IMG/VR virus record: IMGVR_UViG_3300005764_000004
Coordinates: 1 to 47,535 of that record
Length of the DNA stretch: 47,535 bases
Direction: 5' to 3' (one strand)
Origin: a virus
Lineage: Duplodnaviria; Caudoviricetes
Shown here: in pieces, positions 44,363 through 47,535 of the stretch
How positions within the stretch are numbered: position 1 is the first letter of the stretch
Layout: each line of letters opens with the position of its first letter
Notes under the pieces: generated by a model
Told to the model about the DNA's origin: nothing
The model's database searches: none
What the model saw: only the letters and a program-made list of their open reading frames with translations
Position numbers and translations under genes: made by a program

Positions 44363-45538
44363 ATGGCGGCTCCCTCGCGCTGGGCATCGCAGGCGGCGAT
44401 CGACGCGCTGCTGCGGTTCAGCCCGCAGAAGCAGGCGCTCGCCGAACAGATCACGCAGGCCAAAGGCGTCTACAACGCCTCGGTCAAAGCCGGGCGCGTG
44501 GGGGCGCGCGAAACCGAAGGCAGCGTGGCGCGCAACCTCCCGCGGCTCGCCGCCGCCTACGGCCAGGCCGACGTCGCGACCAAACCCGGCGTCACGCTCA
44601 TCTCAAACGCGCTCGCGCAACTCCCGCCGGACACCGCGCAGTACCGCGCCAACCAGGCGGCCGCCGGGCAGACCTTCCTCGCCAACCTCGCCGCGGCTCG
44701 AGCCGACGCGCAGAAGACGATGCTCGAACGCGGAGCCGAGGCGGCCGCGGGAGCTCAGTACAACCAGCGCGCCGCGGGCGAAGCGCTGACCAGCAGCCTG
44801 CGCCAGCTCTTCTCAAAGCAGCAGTCGCTCGCGAGTGAAGCCGGGCTGTTCGCGCAGACCGAGGCGCAGAAACTCGAACACGAAGCCGAAGACATCGCCC
44901 AGCGCGAACGCGGCTCCGAACGCACGGCGGCGAGCGCCGCCGCCGGCCACGCCCAGAGCGAACGCGGCTCGCAGCGCACGGCGCAGACCGCGAAGGAAGG
45001 CCGCGAACAGAAGGCGCGCGAACATCAGCAGGACAAAGAACTCAAAGAATGGGAACACCTACACCCGACTCCTAAGGCGGGGGCCGGCGCGGGCGAATGG
45101 CTGACGCCGGTGGAGCACAACTCGGCGCGCGACACGATCGAAAAGATCCGCCGCGAGGCTTACGAACACCGCAACGAAGGGCTCAACTACGGCCAGTCCA
45201 AGTCAGAGCTCGAACGCTCGGTGCCCGCGAGCGTGAAAATCCCCGAAAAGGACAAGGCGGGAAACGTCGTCAGGGACTCGACGGGCAAAGTCAAGGAAAA
45301 GACCGTCCAGGTGCCCAACCCGCGCGGCGGCTATGCGTACAACGGACTGCTCAAGGCGGGCCTCGACCTCGCCTACTTCGGCGGCATCGGCACGGGCACC
45401 GCGGGGCTGCTTCACCGCGAACACCTGAACGTCGGGCGGCTCGGCTACCCGATGTATCGGGCGCCGAGCGCCTCGAGCCGCGCGGGCACAAACTGGGAAG
45501 GGCTCGCGAGGGCCGTAGCCGGGATCCCGAGGGTCTAG
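44363..45538 (+). CDS. Internal virion/ejection protein 2 (391 aa)
   Basis: Ala/Gln-rich and helical; position. Confidence 0.65.
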   Translation: MAAPSRWASQAAIDALLRFSPQKQALAEQITQAKGVYNASVKAGRVGARETEGSVARNLPRLAAAYGQADVATKPGVTLISNALAQLPPDTAQYRANQAAAGQTFLANLAAARADAQKTMLERGAEAAAGAQYNQRAAGEALTSSLRQLFSKQQSLASEAGLFAQTEAQKLEHEAEDIAQRERGSERTAASAAAGHAQSERGSQRTAQTAKEGREQKAREHQQDKELKEWEHLHPTPKAGAGAGEWLTPVEHNSARDTIEKIRREAYEHRNEGLNYGQSKSELERSVPASVKIPEKDKAGNVVRDSTGKVKEKTVQVPNPRGGYAYNGLLKAGLDLAYFGGIGTGTAGLLHREHLNVGRLGYPMYRAPSASSRAGTNWEGLARAVAGIPRV

Positions 45539-45539
45539 C

Positions 45540-47535
45540 GTGGCGGTCCCACCCAGCTACGGCCGGGTGCCGATCCGCAACAAGCCGAGCTATGCCTACC
45601 TGCCCGTCTCCGGTCACGCCACCGCGCCGGGGCGAGCTCCGCTGGCCGGGGTCCACGGTGCCTCGCACCCGAGCACGATCGAACACGTCGCGGGCCACGT
45701 CCAAGCGCCGGCGGTCCATGTAACGCCGCCCAGCTACCGCGCGCCGGGCGTGATCGCGCCCACCTACCACGGCCCGGTCGGGCACCCCTCGCCGGCCCCC
45801 GCTCACGTGCCGCCCGGAGCTCTGAACATACGCGCGCCGATCCAGCAGTTTCACCCCGAAGGCAAGTGGCGCGCGGAAGCAGGACACCTCGTCCAGCGCG
45901 CCCTTGAAGCCAACCAGCGGATCCCCGGCAACCGGATCGCCACGCCGCACATACCGATCATCTCGGGCGCGAGCCCGCAGACGATCCAGGCCGCGCTGAG
46001 CGAATCGGCGCGGATCCAGAACCAGCACTTCAGGGGCCAGGTCCCGACGCGGGCCGCGGAACTCGCCTTCCACTCGGCGCTGATGGGCGACCCGCGCAAC
46101 GCGCAGTTCGTCCAGGCGACCGCGCACTACCTGCGCGAAGCGAACCGTCTCGGCGGCCTGCGCTCGTCCTTCCAGGCCCGCGTCAAGGGACCGACCGGCG
46201 AAGAAGGCCCGGGCGCCAACGTGATCGACGCCGCGGTGAAAGCCTCCCAGCCGCTCGCCGCGGCGCACGTCCAGCTGGCTCGCGAAGGCCAGCGCTCCTA
46301 CGAACGCGAGCAGGCGGCGCTCGAACGCGAGCGCACGCGCGAAGAACAGAGAGCCGAACGAGCGCCGACGCCGGGACGTGTGTCACCGAAGATCGGGATA
46401 GTCACGCCGCCCTCGCCGATCAGCGGGCTTCCGGGCCTCGCGGCCACCGGGACCGCTGTGCGGACGCTCGGGCTCGGCGCGCTCGCCGCCGGCGCGACGG
46501 TGCCCGCGGGAGCCAACAAGGGACCGCTCGGCTCGACGGCGAGCGAACTGACCCAGATCGCCGAGTGGCCGTATGTCGCGGGCTTCTCACTGGGCAAAGC
46601 GGGCGTCGAAGCCGCCACGCAGGGCTCGCTCGCGCCGCTCGGGCACCTGGCGAGCTCCTTCGGCAAGGCCGTCTCCCAAGGCGCGGTCGGGCAGGCTGTG
46701 CAGGGCAACTGGCAGGGCGCCGCCAAGGCCGCCTCCGAACACCGCGTAATGACCGCGCTGGAACTCGCCGGGCTCACGAGCGCCGCCGGACGGGCCGCCG
46801 GCGCCTTCGCGCGCTCGCCGCTGCTCGGCCCGAAACCGACCGTGGGGCCGAGTATCCGCTCGCGGATCGCGCCCTCGATCGCCTACGAGCGCGACGTCGG
46901 CGCGGCCCAGGCGCCCGCCGGGCGCTTCCAGCAGCGCTACTCCGGTGACATCACCCGCCAGCTCGCCCAGATGGCGCTCCACCGCCGCGCCGAGAAGATC
47001 ACCCAACCCGAGACAGGGCGACCGCTCACCGTCAGCGAGCGCGGCGGGATCCAGATGCCGGTGCTCGCGCCCAGGCGCGGTCGCGAAGGGCGACCCGGCC
47101 AGGAGGCGACGCTCCAGCAGAAGCTTGCCCACCACATCGGCGCCGGCGCGCAGGCGATGGAGTTCCAGGCACGCGAGCGGGTCAACAAGCGCCTCACGGC
47201 GATCGAACGCCGCCACGCCCGTGTGCCGATACCGGAAGTGAGAGGCAAGGACGCGCGGGCGCTCGTGCATCTCGTCGTCTCGGGCACGATCAAAAGCCCG
47301 GCGAGTTTCATGGCGGATCTGCGTAAGGAGTACGAGAAGACGCGCGGGGCGCTGGGCGAACACGAGCGCGCCGTGGCGGCCGGGCGCGAGAGTGCCTACG
47401 GCACCAAAGAGGACCTCGCCACGGCCCAGGAGAACGCCGCGATGCTCAAGCGCGCGCTCTCGAACCCGAACGTCGAGGCCCAGCGCCAGCTGATCGTCGA
47501 GCAGGGCCGGCGGATCGCCGAGTACCTGAACGAGG
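45540..47535 (+). CDS. N-terminal part of giant internal virion/ejection protein (continues into 2..2728)
   Basis: Read by hand from GTG 45540 with no in-frame stop; absent from the ORF track because it runs off the end. Confidence 0.8.
   Translation, partial: MAVPPSYGRVPIRNKPSYAYLPVSGHATAPGRAPLAGVHGASHPSTIEHVAGHVQAPAVHVTPPSYRAPGVIAPTYHGPVGHPSPAPAHVPPGALNIRAPIQQFHPEGKWRAEAGHLVQRALEANQRIPGNRIATPHIPIISGASPQTIQAALSESARIQNQHFRGQVPTRAAELAFHSALMGDPRNAQFVQATAHYLREANRLGGLRSSFQARVKGPTGEEGPGANVIDAAVKASQPLAAAHVQLAREGQRSYEREQAALERERTREEQRAERAPTPGRVSPKIGIVTPPSPISGLPGLAATGTAVRTLGLGALAAGATVPAGANKGPLGSTASELTQIAEWPYVAGFSLGKAGVEAATQGSLAPLGHLASSFGKAVSQGAVGQAVQGNWQGAAKAASEHRVMTALELAGLTSAAGRAAGAFARSPLLGPKPTVGPSIRSRIAPSIAYERDVGAAQAPAGRFQQRYSGDITRQLAQMALHRRAEKITQPETGRPLTVSERGGIQMPVLAPRRGREGRPGQEATLQQKLAHHIGAGAQAMEFQARERVNKRLTAIERRHARVPIPEVRGKDARALVHLVVSGTIKSPASFMADLRKEYEKTRGALGEHERAVAAGRESAYGTKEDLATAQENAAMLKRALSNPNVEAQRQLIVEQGRRIAEYLNE
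47486..47535. repeat. 50-nt terminal direct repeat, copy 2
   Basis: Identical to 1-50. Confidence 0.97.

Noticed and set aside
1-47535. tRNA genes, reverse transcriptase/DGR, IS elements, stop-codon reassignment
   Set aside because: No cloverleaf with a T-loop, no RT or transposase motifs, and no TR/VR pair were seen; genes pack tightly under the standard code.

Overview
This looks like a complete, circularly assembled GC-rich tailed-phage genome. Bases 1-50 are identical to 47486-47535, giving a unit length of about 47,485 bp. The architecture is podovirus-like: terminase large subunit, portal, scaffold, major capsid, adaptor, nozzle, then three internal/ejection proteins. The largest of these (~1557 aa) spans the assembly junction, and I see no tape-measure or major tail tube gene. 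The host is probably an actinobacterium, inferred from many TANNNT-N6-7-start leaderless promoters and (A)GAAAGG SD sequences. Other modules are a multi-enzyme lysis region, five small basic proteins, a recombination/DNA-metabolism operon (putative SSAP, Cas4-like nuclease, tyrosine recombinase, RuvC-like resolvase, degenerate RepB-type primase), a separate cassette of tail/decoration genes sharing one N-terminal domain, and a minus-strand early/anti-defence-like operon (ArdC-like, DUF3560, HTH) driven by a near-consensus sigma-70 promoter. The most notable unexplained structure is RNA-level. Early genes share an extended RBS (CGGAACGAAAGGACA), four of them are preceded by a covarying hairpin, and a ~70-nt candidate sRNA at ~17160-17229, with its own -10 box and terminator-like stem, is antisense to that shared RBS. 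A second ~300-nt structured non-coding region lies at ~4040-4368. All calls come from reading motifs by eye; no searches were run.
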